Position numbers and translations under genes: made by a program. A DNA stretch of 63,667 nt, the filler included, from Octopus bimaculoides (taxonomy: Eukaryota): the NCBI RefSeq assembly GCF_001194135.2. It is 4 parts of 4 records of this genome, joined end to end, with 100 filler letters (N's around TTAATTAATTAA, not from the genome) between each part and the next. Parts side by side here need not be neighbours in the genome. Positions count along the whole stretch, not along the records: positions 1 to 19,563 come from NC_068987.1; 3 more parts are not named here. One strand, given 5' to 3'. The notes beneath the pieces were generated by a model. The model had not been told where the DNA came from. It did not search any database and saw only the letters and a program-made list of their open reading frames with translations. Of the stretch, positions 1-12,760 are shown one piece after another; the first letter of the stretch is position 1; each line of letters starts with the position of its first letter.

Positions 1-58
<58 letters not shown>

Positions 59-101
59 TCATTCATTCATTCATTCATTCATTCATTCATTCATTCATTC
101 A
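1..101 (+). repeat. (TCA)n then (TTCA)n microsatellite
   Basis: Direct reading of pure tandem repeats. Confidence 0.95.
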
Positions 102-529
102 TATACTTGTTGTTCAGTCTCATATAGGCCCTGAGTGAGCAGGTATATTGCGGAAGGCATTCCGGCCGCGATCGTCTTGTATTTTTCTTCGCGTACTAAG
201 AGTACCCCAGACCTAATTTCCCCTTGTGCTCTGTTTTAAAACGGTACTGTCTGATTCGAGGGAGACTAGGCGTCGATTTCTAGCACATGTCGATTGACCG
301 CATATATGCACCCCGATGACTTGTCATTGCAAGTAATTTTTGTGCAGAGGAGTTTACATTGACACGCTACATGCCGCGGCCTTTCTTTTGACCGTATTAA
401 TTCCTCTCCTCCTACACCAAACCCATTGTCACTAGCGTATATCTCTTCTACGACTTAAGCCCACCCTCTTTTTACTTCATACGCAGATTATCTTGACACC
501 CACACACATTAATATCTGCTCATCATGCG

Positions 530-775
530 AAAAGCTGGTGGCCTTAACACGATCGCTCGACCTGCTAGTAATAGCAGCAAATTAAATCTCCTTCAAGCCA
601 CACCCTATTGCCTTATGAAAGGACTCATCGGATAATGGTGTCCACGACGTCACTGTGTCAGAAAATAGACGGAATTGTCATGTCTAGAACTGCCTTTGAT
701 TAAAGACCTGTTTGTTCTATCAGGAACTGATCCGTGTGGGCAACGTAGGGCAAAGCTAGAAATAACAGCTATCTA
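530..775 (+). mobile_element. Dispersed SINE-like repeat, family D (GCTAGAAATAGCAGCC...GGATGGTCACGG...CTGACCTGGGGCTAAACAAC type)
   Basis: Related copies at about 110-400 (-), 2695-2860, 21560-22030 (tandem), 25795-26040, 27365-27600 and 29140-29270 (-). Confidence 0.65.
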
Positions 776-1357
776 TTCATTACTAAGCTTTAAACTATTG
801 CTTTCTTTTCGTTCCGAACAACATCATTTATAGAGACATTTTTGTTGTTCCATTTGCAAAACTTAATTCTTTTTATCTCTTTAATCTTTTATTCTTCCGC
901 ACAATTACGTTTTTCTTTCCTTCCTTCCTTGCTTCTATTTACCTCTTTATTAACTCTTTTCTTCTTTCTCGCTTACCCTCCACCCCTTTTTCTCTCTATT
1001 TTCTCTCTCTCCCTCCCCTTCCTCGGTAACCTTTCCCATATCTCTTTTTCCCCTGTAGACTATATTTCTCACTCATTCATCGCACATTCACGTTCTCATA
1101 TTCACTTTTTCATTTCGTTTCATTTTTCCCCCCTCATTCACACTTTCTTAGAATATCATTGTCTTTCAGTTACCCAACATCCATCCATTGCTTTTCGTTT
1201 TCCTTTTACCCTCATACCCTCAAAACCCAGCCCTCCGCTCTTTTTTCTGTACACTCATCTTTTCTCTCCCTTTCTTCATTCGTTTCCAGATTTCGTTCTT
1301 CGTTCTTTCAATTAATGACTGCCTTTCTTTCTCCTAGATACTCGCTTCTCGCTTATT

Positions 1358-1398
<41 letters not shown>

Positions 1399-1734
1399 AT
1401 GCACATCTCCTTCTTTACTTTCCGTCAGTCATACATACACTCCTTTTATTGAATCCACCCTATAATTATTTTCCTCGTTCTATCTATTTATCTCTATCTC
1501 AATGAGCACATTTGTTCTGACTTGACTTCGGTGAAACTCTTCAACAGGCAGCGAGGGAGTGAGAGACAAATACAATGAGAGACGGAGGGAAAAGAGAGAG
1601 TATAAATAAGTAAGAGAGAGAGAGAGAGAGGGTAGAGAGACATAAAGAGAGAAAGTAGAGCATTATAGAGAAAGCAATACGGAGAGGTATAGAGAGATAT
1701 AAAGAGAAAGACAGAGAGCTATATAAATACATCC

Positions 1735-1771
<37 letters not shown>

Positions 1772-1954
1772 CAGAGACACCGAGAGAGAGAAAAAGCGTT
1801 ATATATATATATATATATAATATGAGAGAGAGATAAAGAGAGAGTGAGAGAGAGGTAGTGGGAGAGAGATAACGACAGATACAGAGGTAATGAGAGAGGG
1901 AAAGGAGTGAGTATTAAGCAGGCGGCCCATGTCGGTGCCACTACCTAACACAAC

Positions 1955-2459
1955 ATGTCGGCTGCAGCCGCTTCTCATACACATCATGCTCAACACCATC
2001 GTCATCACAACAAACATCATCGCCATCAGCAGCACCCAGAACAACAGCACGTCCAGAACCACTCCCTCCAGTACAACCACAAATATCATCAAAGCTCTTC
2101 AAATCTAACAACGTACAACCTTAGCCAAAAAGAAGCGCAAGACCATCACCACCGCCACCACCACCACCACCAACACGATCACGACCACGACGGCGACGAC
2201 GACGACGACGAACTGTGTGGAGACGGCAGCAGCAGCGGCGGCGGTGGCGGCGATAGTCAAGGTTCCTCTTTAGCAGTCAACTCCATCATTATTACATCGC
2301 TACCGGAATCGTCTTCTTTACAAGACGGTGCTTCCAGTTCTTCGAACAGACTGCCCGTCGATCATCATCAGCATCAGCATCAACACCATCATCAGCATCA
2401 TCGTCACCTTCAACAACAACAACAACAGCAGCACCAAAATCATCAACAGGATCGTCGTT
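1955..2459 (+). CDS. Candidate first coding exon of an unknown protein with a His/Gln/Gly/Asp low-complexity N-terminus (3' end lost in N gap)
   Basis: ATG in ACAACATGT context (A at -3); at least 168 open codons with non-repetitive linkers (SSSNLTTYNLSQKEAQD, SQGSSLAVNSIIITSLPESSSLQDGASSSSNRLPVD); locally GC/CpG-rich. No recognisable domain, and CAC/CAG repeats are stop-free by nature. Confidence 0.4.
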
Positions 2460-2617
2460 NNNNNNNNNNNNNNNNNNNNNNNNNNNNNNNNNNNNNNNNN
2501 NNNNNNNNNNNNNNNNNNNNNNNNNNNNNNNNNNNNNNNNNNNNNNGTATATATATATATATACACATATAGACACATCCTAAACACATATATCCACACA
2601 CACATATACATTTACAC

Positions 2618-2658
<41 letters not shown>

Positions 2659-3030
2659 GTAGCGGGCGATCGTCTATGCGTTCAGGCGATCTCCTAGAAA
2701 TACCAGTCTAATCTCCCGTCTTCAATAATGCGGAAGTACAATATCAGTTAATACAGTCCCAACCGCTAAAAAGGACGAGATGGTCACGGTTTTGAATACT
2801 TGTAAATATAAGATTCTTCTCGATCAGGGTTGACCTGGAGGATACCTAGGCCTGCATACATCTATTGTATAAATATTAACATATATAAATGTCAGTTACC
2901 TACAGCTCGTATTAAATGTATGTGCTCTGTGTGTGTGTATGTGTACACACACAAACACACATAACCATCATTAGATATAAATATATAATGCAAATATCTC
3001 AATTCACAGGTTTATTATATGGTTGGACAC

Positions 3031-3064
<34 letters not shown>

Positions 3065-3839
3065 ACGTATATGATCATGTGGTCAATGCCCTATATATAT
3101 ATATACACATACACGCCCGCACACATGTGTGTGTATGTATTTATGAGTGCGTGTATGTAAAGGCGGTATATATACGTGAATGTATATATGCCGTTCCATA
3201 AACTAAATAACGAATGTATTTTGTAATAATAATGTATTTCTCTTTCTACTATCATGCCGAGGAAATCTTTATTTTGATACTCTATTTTGTCTCTTAGGAT
3301 GAATATATGAATATATATACATATATGTATTATAAACTCGTCTACATGGTTATTCACTGTGGTGTATGACAGTATGTCTCTTCAGTGAGTGTGCATAAAT
3401 ACATACATATATATATATCTAGAGAGAGAGAGAGAGAGATTTGTGGGTATGACTATTATGTACACATTGGTTTATAAAATCACTCATTTTATGGCGAATA
3501 TTCACACGTGTGTATGTGTGTGTGTGTGTATAGATGTTGCTTTATGTATATTTGTGTTCATAGTATGTATGTATTAGCATTATATGCTCAGTGTACACAC
3601 GTACAAACACATATATAAATAAATGTATACATATACACACATATATTACACCATGAATCATATGTTGTATAAAGTCATTATAGATGATATTTATGCATAG
3701 AAATGTGTACACGAAACTGAGGATAGGTGCAGTATAATATACACTAGTGTGTGTCCAAGTAACGGTAAATGAAAGTGAGTGTATACACCTACACAACGTG
3801 TAGTTACATATATAAACACCCACCCGTCCATCCATCCAT

Positions 3840-3857
3840 ATATATATATATATATAT

Positions 3858-3925
<68 letters not shown>

Positions 3926-4141
3926 GCTTGTTTGTCTATTTATCTTTCTATCTATCCTTTTGTCTCTCTCTCTCTATCTGTCTATCTATCTGTTTGTCTG
4001 TCTGTCTATCTATCTATCTATCTATCAACCTGTCTGTCTGTCTACCTGTCTGTCTGTATATCTGTCTATCTATCTGTCTGTTTATCTATCTTTCTGTCTG
4101 TCTATTTGTCAATCTGTCTATCTAGCTATCTGTCTGCTATA

Positions 4142-4184
<43 letters not shown>

Positions 4185-4372
4185 GCTGTCTGTCTGTCTA
4201 TGTATCTATCTTTATGTTTGTCTATCTATCTGTCTGCCTGTCTATCTATCTTTCTATCTGCCTGTCAATCTGTTTATATATCTCTCCGTCTGATTGTCTA
4301 TCTTTCTATCTATTTATCTGTCTGTCTGTCTGTCTATGTCTATCTGTCTGCTTGTCTCTCTCTCTCTCTCTC

Positions 4373-4424
<52 letters not shown>

Positions 4425-4435
4425 TATATATGTCT
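3840..4435 (+). repeat. Compound microsatellite (TA)n/(CA)n/(TCTA,TCTG)n/(CT)n
   Basis: Direct reading; explains the overlapping YIYI/LSVCL ORFs. Confidence 0.95.
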
Positions 4436-4983
4436 ATATCATCACCATTTTAATGTTCATTTCTCGATACCTGTATGACTCAGACAAAATTCTTTGAGGC
4501 TGATTTTCAACAGCCAGGTGCTCTTCCTGTCACCTGCCCTCAGCTGTTTGCAAGCACAATGTTTCTACCGTAGATTGCAAACGAACTTTTACTATTTTTG
4601 TATTACAATAACATTAGTGTACAAGTAGCCCAAGGTGTCAAGACAAAGACATACAAACACGTACACACACAGGATTTATTCTTTGTAAGCCTAGTACTTA
4701 TTCTATCAGTGTCTTTTACCGAACCACTAAGTTATGGGAATGTACAGCAACATCAGTTGTCAAGCAATGGTGGGGATACAAAAGCAGACACCACAAACAC
4801 AAACACAAATATACACATATATACGACAGTCTTCTTTCTACACGCATATATGTATACATATATAGACGCATATATATACACATACATATACATATATAGA
4901 CGCATATATACATACATATATATACATAAATATACATATATATATATAGATATACATATATGTATACATACACACAGACATAC

Positions 4984-5045
<62 letters not shown>

Positions 5046-5164
5046 ACATACATATACATACACATATATATACATATGTATCTTATCTATAAAAGGCAGA
5101 TTTTCTGTGTGTGTGTGTGTGTATGTTTAAAATTCTCTTTGAGCATATAAATAACAAATTCAGA

Positions 5165-5756
5165 TGGAACAAAATGAGTAAGACAAAATAAGATAAATCT
5201 GTCTCAATTCACCAGAATTACATTCGGAAAAAACAAAAAAAAAAAAACTTGTACACATCAATGTCCACTCTTAGACATCAGAAAGTTCAGAAATTTGACA
5301 AAAATTGGATTTCTCTATAGCTTTCTCACAATCTGCAGGAATGGTTCTCTTCCTGATATAGTTACACACGATACAGTTAAAGAGAAGAAATGATTGATAT
5401 TGGTCATTACTCATTTTGCCCCAGTTTAGACATCAGATTTTAAAAATTGAAAATTACCAAATTAGACTAATCCAACAGAGAAAAGAATTTTGATTGTTAA
5501 ACACCGAAAATTATGTAGATACTTTATTAGCAACCTCTGTTACAATTGGGTCAAATTTGATGAAAAACATTTTGAAAAAAGTACCTGTTTCGAAACTTCT
5601 CAACTGGAGTAACAACTATAGTAGCCAATATTTACTCCAAAGACGATGCAGGACTACAAAATGGTGAGGCAATACTTGCAATGTAATGGTCTCAAACAGA
5701 CAGTAAGAAAATAATATAAAATTCATAATTACTCATTTTGCCCCACTCCTCTGTAG
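5165..5756. mobile_element. Non-autonomous DNA transposon remnant (Tc1/mariner-pogo-like)
   Basis: TGGAACAAAATGAGTAA (5165-5181) is inverted relative to TTACTCATTTTGCCCCA (5407-5423 and 5729-5745); right end reads ...CTCTG followed by TA. Confidence 0.5.
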
Positions 5757-6479
5757 TTATTTCAAGTATTTGACAAAGTGATGAAAAATATCAAAGAAAA
5801 AAAAAAAGAAAGAAAGAAGATTCAATTTAATGAAAAACATGTGAGCATAAAAGTAATAATTTTAAAGCTGAAAAAAAAAGGTTTTCAGCTGTTGGGAGAT
5901 GTAATTTTATAATTAAAAGCAAATTTAAAATTTTAATTTTGGAATATATTCATTCCTTATTTTCTGTTTTGTAAAATAAGACCAGTTTTCAATGCCTCAC
6001 TGAAATAATGAAGTTTAATATATGATGATATATGTGTGTTTGTGTGTGTGTGTGTGTGTGTGCACGCGTGTATGTGTGTATGTGCACACATGTCTTTAAT
6101 TGCAGGTGATCAAGCCAAGGTCACTGCTCAGTCATGCATTGAAAGTAATTTGAACTAGAGACAATAAATGACTTCTTTCTATCAGTCACTTTATCTCTCT
6201 TTATATTATCATACTCTGCCACTCAGACACAAATTCATACATACATTTTTAGGAGTGTTATGTCGTTTACCTTTTCTCTGTCAGTGCCTCAAAAGCAGCT
6301 ATAATTAATTCCCAAGGGAATAGTAGCTGCCTTGGGACTGGAGAGTAAACTGTTTTTTAATTGAATGAAATTGGTGTCACTAATGTGATTAAAACTATGG
6401 TTATTTATCAAAAAAGCAGATCAATTACATTTTTAAGATTTGTTTGTTTATTGAAAAAGAGCCTCTGCATGCAAGATTG

Positions 6480-6600
6480 CTGGGAGGTGGGGAGAGGGCA
6501 TTCCTGCATTGAGTGAGGCATGCCCTTCTTAAGAGGGCCCCTGTTATTGAGGAGGGCCCAGGGCAATTGCCCCCTTTGGCCCCCTATAAATCCGGCCCTG
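6480..6600 (-). mobile_element. hAT-like transposon terminus
   Basis: Minus strand starts CAGGGCCGGATTTATAGGGGG; GC-rich subterminal with palindrome GGGCAATTGCCC. The other end was not found. Confidence 0.4.
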
Positions 6601-7761
6601 TTCCTAACATCAACCATGTCAGTGTGCTTTTTCTTGTCTTCAATACTAGTGAGACTGCCATGCAGTTTGCAAGACTATGAATCTTGCAAGAATAGCTTTA
6701 TGCTAGAAGATGAGGTGTATGTATATATATATATATATATATACACATACACTCACAGCTCTACTGGATTTAAGTTTTGTCAAGGTGGGTAGGTCTTCTT
6801 GAGAACCACATTTCACCAGTCACCCCATTCCTTTGTCATCACCTCCATGAGGTTCAAGGTCCAGAGATCAGCTTTCACCACTTTGTCCAGTGTTTTCTTG
6901 AGTCTTTCTCTTCTACAAGTTTCATCCACATTAAGTGATCAGTACTTCTTTTGTTCTACTATCCTCATCCATGTGCATTACACATCCACGCCAAAGCAGT
7001 CTTCTTTCTTACAAACCACATCTGACACTGCTTATGTCCATCTTGTTCTCAGCACATCGTAATATCTCTTTCATGCACAGCTACATTGCACAGCCAGTGG
7101 GGCATGTTTACTTTACATCCTATCAATTCTAAGTTTTGCTTCCTGGTCTGGGATTTCTTCTCTAATTCTGCTTCAGATTCAGCTATAAAAATTAGGTCAT
7201 CAACATTCTGCAATTCTCATGGACAGCCAGTTTTAAACTCCTCTGTTATGGTCTAGCGAACTATGTTAAATAGAAGTAGACTGATAATTGAGCTCTGGTG
7301 GACCCCTGCTTGCCTACTAAATTCAGTACTGTACTCTTTGCTGGCCCTCATCATGCTGATAGCATCTCTATATATGGCTTGTTCTGCCCTCTCGAGCCAT
7401 TCAACCAATTCTAATTTCCTTTGTAACCAGTAGATCATAGAACATGGTACCCTGTCAGTATCCTTCTCTAGGTTCAGCTTTTTATTCCTTGCTATGTACT
7501 TATCTTGCAGTTGTCTTACTAGAAAAATGGCATCAGTTGTACTTCCTTGTGGCATTTTATCATAGTTAATTCTCTTCTTGGTCAGTTTGTTCTATAACTC
7601 TTTCCATAACTTTCAAAACCCCGTCTAACAATTTGATATTTTTGTGATTTCCTTTTTCTCTTGTGCAAGCCATTAGGTAAAACACCTTTCTGTGCTACTG
7701 GATTGACTGTCATAGCAACTAGCCTGTACCCTACCATACCAGATTTGTAAGTATTTTAGTG

Positions 7762-8060
7762 ATGAGATTGTTGCCAGTGCCCCTGGACTGGCTCTTGTGC
7801 GGGTGGCACATAAAATACACCATTTTGAGCGTGGCTGTTGCCAGTACCGCCTGACTGGCCTTCGTGCAGGTGACACGTAAAAGCACCCACTACACTCTCT
7901 GAGTGGTTGGCGTTAGGAAGGGCATCCAGCTGTAGAAACTCTGCCAAATCAGATTGGAGCCTAGTGTAGCCATCTGGTTTCACCAGTCCTCAGTCAAACC
8001 GTCCAACCCATGCTAGCATGGAAAGCGGATATTAAATGATGATGATGATGATGATGATGA
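7762..8060 (+). mobile_element. Family C retroposon (SINE or LINE 3' end) with internal ~60-65 bp repeats and (GAT)n tail
   Basis: Conserved 3' module AAAGCACCCACTACACTCTC...GGAAGGGCATCCAGCTGTAGAAAC...CCATGCTAGCATGGAAAGCGGAC..AAA(CGA)TGATGATG shared with many copies in the window. Confidence 0.85.
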
Positions 8061-8279
8061 TTGCTGTCAACTTGAAAGGCAGGTCCCTCTGTTGGGTCTG
8101 CTTGGAATAGACTTTCTTTGTCTCATGTATTCCTTACATTCATGAGCTGCTCATAGGAGCACTTACATGTTTCTTTCTTTTCAGCATCAGTAAGAACAAC
8201 TATACTGTTACCATTCCATAACAACATTTTGATTTTCTCTAACATACTGCATAACTTCACACCTCTGTTTCTCATATTG

Positions 8280-8490
8280 GTTTCAAATTTTGGCACAAGG
8301 CCAGCATTTTCGGGGAGGAGATGAGTCAATTGCATCAATCCCAGTGCGTAACTGGTACTTATTTTTATCAACCCCGAAGAGATGAATGGTAAAGTCGACC
8401 TCAGTGGAGTTTGAACTCAGAATGTCAGACTGGACAAAATACTGCGATGCATTTTGCCTAGCGTGCTAATGATTCTGCCAGCTCACCGCC
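8280..8490 (-). mobile_element. tRNA-derived SINE, family B (Nin/Deu-like central domain), with 18-bp TSD
   Basis: Head GGCGGTGAGCTGGCAGAATC, B-box-like GAGTTCAAA, core GTCGACTTTACCATTCATCTCTTCGGGGTTGATAAAAATAAGTACCAG; direct repeats CCTCTGTTTCTCATATTG at 8262-8279 and 8495-8512. Confidence 0.9.
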
Positions 8491-9033
8491 TTATCCTCTG
8501 TTTCTCATATTGCATGACATATGCAAACCTCTTTATTTCTGCATCCTTTCTTGCAAGGTATACCTGACATATAGCTTCCCTTCTAGCAATTTCACAGTTT
8601 ATTCTGGAGTCCCTTTCCTCACAATCTTTCCAAGCTTTATCCTTAACTTTTATGTCTCTATCTCCAGTTGTATACAACTACTATGTCACCTTGTGTCTGG
8701 CTAGGACATGGCACCAGCAACAGACTGTAGCCTGCAACAGATTGTCACATAGAAACTCTCAATTTTCCTCTTTATTGCAACATTACCGAAGGCCTGCTGG
8801 TGTTATTTAACATGTCCAGTAAAATGTCAACAATAGTAATGAGGTTATTATCATTCATTATTCAAGTATGCAGAAGGGGTTCATAAAAAAAAGGTCATTC
8901 TGTCCTTCTGCTGAGCATGACAGTGATGGATATACTGGTGAAATAAATATTACAGGTGTGTTTTCTATAACTAGCCAGTGTGGAAGAGAAGATAAATATC
9001 AAATGACAATCATGATGATGAGGATATATATAT

Positions 9034-9259
9034 AGAGGAGGTGCTGAAAAGTTTCTGGCTTTGGATAAAAGAAAATACAGGAGGATCAGTTAATTATGAT
9101 TTTATTCAGCATATTCCCATCACAGATTCGCACACTTGTTGCAGTGGTCCTTCAGTTTTACTAAGTCCTATAAACCTGTAAAAGAACTCGAAAGGTTGGG
9201 CCTCCAACCAGGCCTTTCACAATACCCTTAAAGTCAGGAACTTTTTAGCACCCATTGTA
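9034..9259. mobile_element. Mariner-like MITE
   Basis: Inverted termini GAGGAGGTGCTGAAAAGTTTCTGGCTTT / AAAGTCAGGAACTTTTTAGCACCCATTG-TA; partial copies at about 32520-32580 and 34505-34665. Confidence 0.75.
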
Positions 9260-9625
9260 CATATNNNNNNNNNNNNNNNNNNNNNNNNNNNNNNNNNNNN
9301 NNNNNNNNNNNNNNNNNNNNNNNNNNNNNNNNNNNNNNNNNNNNNNNNNNNNNNNNNNNNNNNNNNNNNNNNNNNNNNNNNNNNNNNNNNNNNNNNNNNN
9401 NNNNNNNNNNNNNNNNNNNNNNNNNNNNNNNNNNNNNNNNNNNNNNNNNNNNNNNNNNNNNNNNNNNNNNNNNNNNNNNNNNNNNNNNNNNNNNNNNNNN
9501 NNNNNNNNNNNNNNNNNNNNNNNNNNNNNNNNNNNNACCGAATAAGTGTCACATATTTTTACAGATAGATTCCTCTATTTACATAATATCGAGGTCTCTT
9601 TCTTTCTTTTGTTGTCCTTTCTGTC

Positions 9626-9657
<32 letters not shown>

Positions 9658-9688
9658 GAGTGTGCATGTGATTACATACAAACATATA

Positions 9689-9746
<58 letters not shown>

Positions 9747-10429
9747 TATGAATTATTTATTCAGCTTGATGGCTATTTGCAGTGCTAGTGAATGTATCAT
9801 TTACTGCTTACTATATTGCGGTCAACAGACGTTTAGGCTGGCTGCAAGTACATATTATTGACAAGGCCCAAAAGGCAAAACTGTATCTGGCATTCTCTTT
9901 AGCCACCGCCAAGATAAATTTTCATCTCCCTCTGATATGTATATTGTCTTTAAGCATGTTCATCATAATCATCTTCTTCATCATCATTTAACATCCATTT
10001 TCCATGCTGGCATGGGTTGGACGGTTTGACTGGAAACTGGGGAGCTGCACCAGGTTTCAGCCCGATTTGGTTTGGTTTATTATTGCTGGAATGCAGCCAT
10101 ACTGGAGCTACACTTTGAAAGGTTTTAGTTGAACAAATAAACCCCCAGGACTTTTTTTTGTTTGTTTGAGAAGCAAGCTTCTTAGCACACAGCAATACCT
10201 GTGCTTTGTCTTTAAACATAGTCATCATCATTCCAAATCTGCTTTCCATACTGACATATGTTGACTGAAACTAGTAAGCCAAAGATCTGCACCAGGTTCC
10301 AGGGTGAATTTGGCATGGTTCCTATGGTTGGATGACCTTTCTAGTGCCAACCACTCTGAGAGTGTAGTGGGTGCCTTTTACATGTTGTTAGCATGGGTGT
10401 TTTTATGTGTCACCAGCATGGCTGCACTT

Positions 10430-10868
10430 ATGTGTCACTGGCATGAGTGTGTTTATGAGTCACTGGCACAGGTATCACTGCCAGAGCAGTGGTCTCGCTT
10501 CCATGCCGGTGGCACGTAAAAAGCACCATTTGAGCGTGATCATTTCCAGCTTCGCCTTACTGGCACTCGTGCTGGTGGCATGTGAACAAAACATTAGACT
10601 GACTCCTGTGCAGGTGGCACGTAAAAAAACACCATTTGAGCATGGCCGTTGCCAGTACTGCTGGACTGGCCCTCATGCCGGTTGCATGTAAAAAGCACCC
10701 ACTACACTCTCGGAATGGTTGGCGTTAGGAAGGGCATCCAGCTGTAGAAACTCTGCCAGATCAGATTGGAGTCTGGTGTAGCCATGTGGTTCGCCAGTCC
10801 CCAGTCAAATCGTCCAACCCGTGCTAGCATGGAAAGCAGACATGAAATGATGATGATGATGATGATGA
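10430..10868 (+). mobile_element. Family C retroposon with several internal repeat units and (GAT)n tail
   Basis: Same 3' module as 7762-8060; a degraded minus-strand copy lies immediately upstream (about 10220-10400). Confidence 0.85.
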
Positions 10869-10872
10869 TATA

Positions 10873-10960
<88 letters not shown>

Positions 10961-11629
10961 GACACGTGTATGTTTATATATACATCCATATATATGTATA
11001 TGTATATATATATTGCTGTGGGTGAGTTGTGTTATATATTTCCATGCTGCAAGCTGTAACATGTTCTTTTGATTTAGATCTCAGTATATATCGATGTATA
11101 ATCCTAATTTGTATGGTTTTGTAACATTATCTAGAGATCCAATGTCTAGGGCCACTATCAGTGTACTCGCCTGCTTTGAAATATATCATTCACTGGCACT
11201 TAATGACCCAAAATCCACAAAAAGAAAAAAAGGAAAGTTATTCAGGCAAATGACTGCAAATGTGCGAGTATGTGTTTGTGTGTGTGTGTGTAGATGTATG
11301 TGACTGAGCTTGTGTGTTTGTGGTGGAGTGATTATTTGAGTGTGTCTTTAGTATGTTTTGAAAGTGTTGCCTTCTTAAAGCTGATAAACATACTCGAAGT
11401 TGATTTGAGATACATTTTTTTTTTTTTCGTTTTCAGTTATAATCTCAGAATTTTTTTATTTTCACTTCACTTGGTGGCCTTCTTGATGGGTTTTAAAATT
11501 TAACAACTCAAAATCGAAACTGATTGGGAAGCTCACAGGAAAAATTTTGGCAAAAATTTCTGTGAATATAAATGAAAATAAGAAGTGAATGACAACCTGT
11601 GTGTGTGTATTTATAGCAGAATCATTAAC

Positions 11630-11810
11630 ACACTGCACAAAATGTTTCATGGCATTTCACCCGTCTTTACAATCTGAGTTCAAATGCCACTGAGGTTAAC
11701 CTTCTTTTCCATCCTTTTGGGATCGATAGAATAAGTACCAGCTGAGTACTGGGGTCGATGTAATCAACGTACCCCACCTTGTGCCAAAATTTAAAACCAA
11801 TATTACTCTT
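11630..11810 (+). mobile_element. Family B SINE, degraded
   Basis: CTGAGTTCAAATGCCACTGAGGTTAACC..TTTTCCATCCTTTTGGGATCGATAGAATAAGTACCAG. Confidence 0.75.
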
Positions 11811-11854
11811 CCAAAATACCAAACTATTAATATCACACATTTAATGTATATAAG

Positions 11855-12015
11855 TCTCTCGGAGTGGTTGGTGTTAGGAAGGGCATCCAGCTGTAGAAAC
11901 TCTGCCAAATCAGATTGGAGCCTGGTGTCGCCACCTGGTTTCACCAGTCCTCAGTCAAATCGTCCAACCCATGCTAGCATGGAAAGTGGACGTTAAACGA
12001 TGATGATGATGATAA
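11855..12015 (+). mobile_element. Family C retroposon, 5'-truncated
   Basis: 3' module plus (GAT)n tail. Confidence 0.85.
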
Positions 12016-12294
12016 TGAAGTTATTTAAATGCCAGGAGCTGTGGTTTTCATTGAAGAAAGATTATAGTGTTGGAAACACAACATACTTAAAAAGCTAGGT
12101 AAAATGAAATCACCTCAAAAGTGAAGACAAGCATAGCAGATGCGGTATTTCATTGTTTTTGCAGGTTATCAATGCTATGCACTCACTTCAATTCTGAACA
12201 GAAGCAGAATTACTAGTCTGAAGTAGTCTGTACACTGTGTAAAAATTATTTGCTAATTTACAATTGCATTGCACAAGTAGAATAAATACAAATT

Positions 12295-12760
12295 ATGGCA
12301 CGTGAAAAGACATTCGAGAGAGATCGTTGCCAGTGCCGATGGACTGGCTCCTGTGCAGATGACACGTAAAATACACCATTTCAAGCGTGGCCATTGATCG
12401 TTACCAACGTCGCCTTCCTGGCACTTGTGCCAGTGACACGTGAAAAGACATTCAAGCGAGATTGTTGCCAGTACTGATGGACTGGCTCTTGTGCGGGTGG
12501 CATGTAAAATACACCACTTCGAGCATGGCCGTCGCCAGTACCGAGCGACTGGCCTTCGAGCCGGTGGCACGTAAAAGCACCCACTACACTCTCGGAGTGG
12601 TTAACGTTAGGAAGGGCATCCAACTGTAGAAACTCTGCCAAATCAGATTGGAGCCTGGTGTCGCCTCCTGGTCCACCAGTCCTCAGTCAAATCGTCCAAC
12701 CCATGCTAGCATGGAAAGCGGACGTTAAACGACGATGATGATGATGATGATGATGATATG
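12295..12760 (+). mobile_element. Family C retroposon with about 5 internal ~60-65 bp repeat units
   Basis: Recurrent TGGCACGT(G/A)AAA...GTTGCCAGT...GACTGGC units followed by the 3' module and (GAT)n. Confidence 0.9.

Larger units (their letters stand above)
6785..8700 (-). mobile_element. Decayed RTE-clade LINE (reverse transcriptase region to C-terminus), interrupted by two SINE insertions
   Basis: Minus-strand translations: AWKDCEERDSRINCEIARREAICQVYLA (8483-8677), YEQLMNVRNT*DKESLFQADPTEGP (about 8070-8170), GSTTDAIFLVRQLQDKY...GVHQSSIISLLLFNIV (7253-7555), RERLKKTLDKVVKADLWTLNL (about 6850-6920). All resemble RTE ORF segments; multiple stops and frameshifts. Confidence 0.85.

Noticed and set aside
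842-1941. Leu/Ser/Phe-rich 'membrane protein' ORFs
   Set aside because: They translate CT/GA-rich low-complexity DNA and have no domain or splice support.
12295-12580. CRISPR-like repeat-spacer appearance
   Set aside because: Eukaryotic context, no cas genes, the 'spacers' are homologous to each other, and the array is part of a dispersed retroposon.
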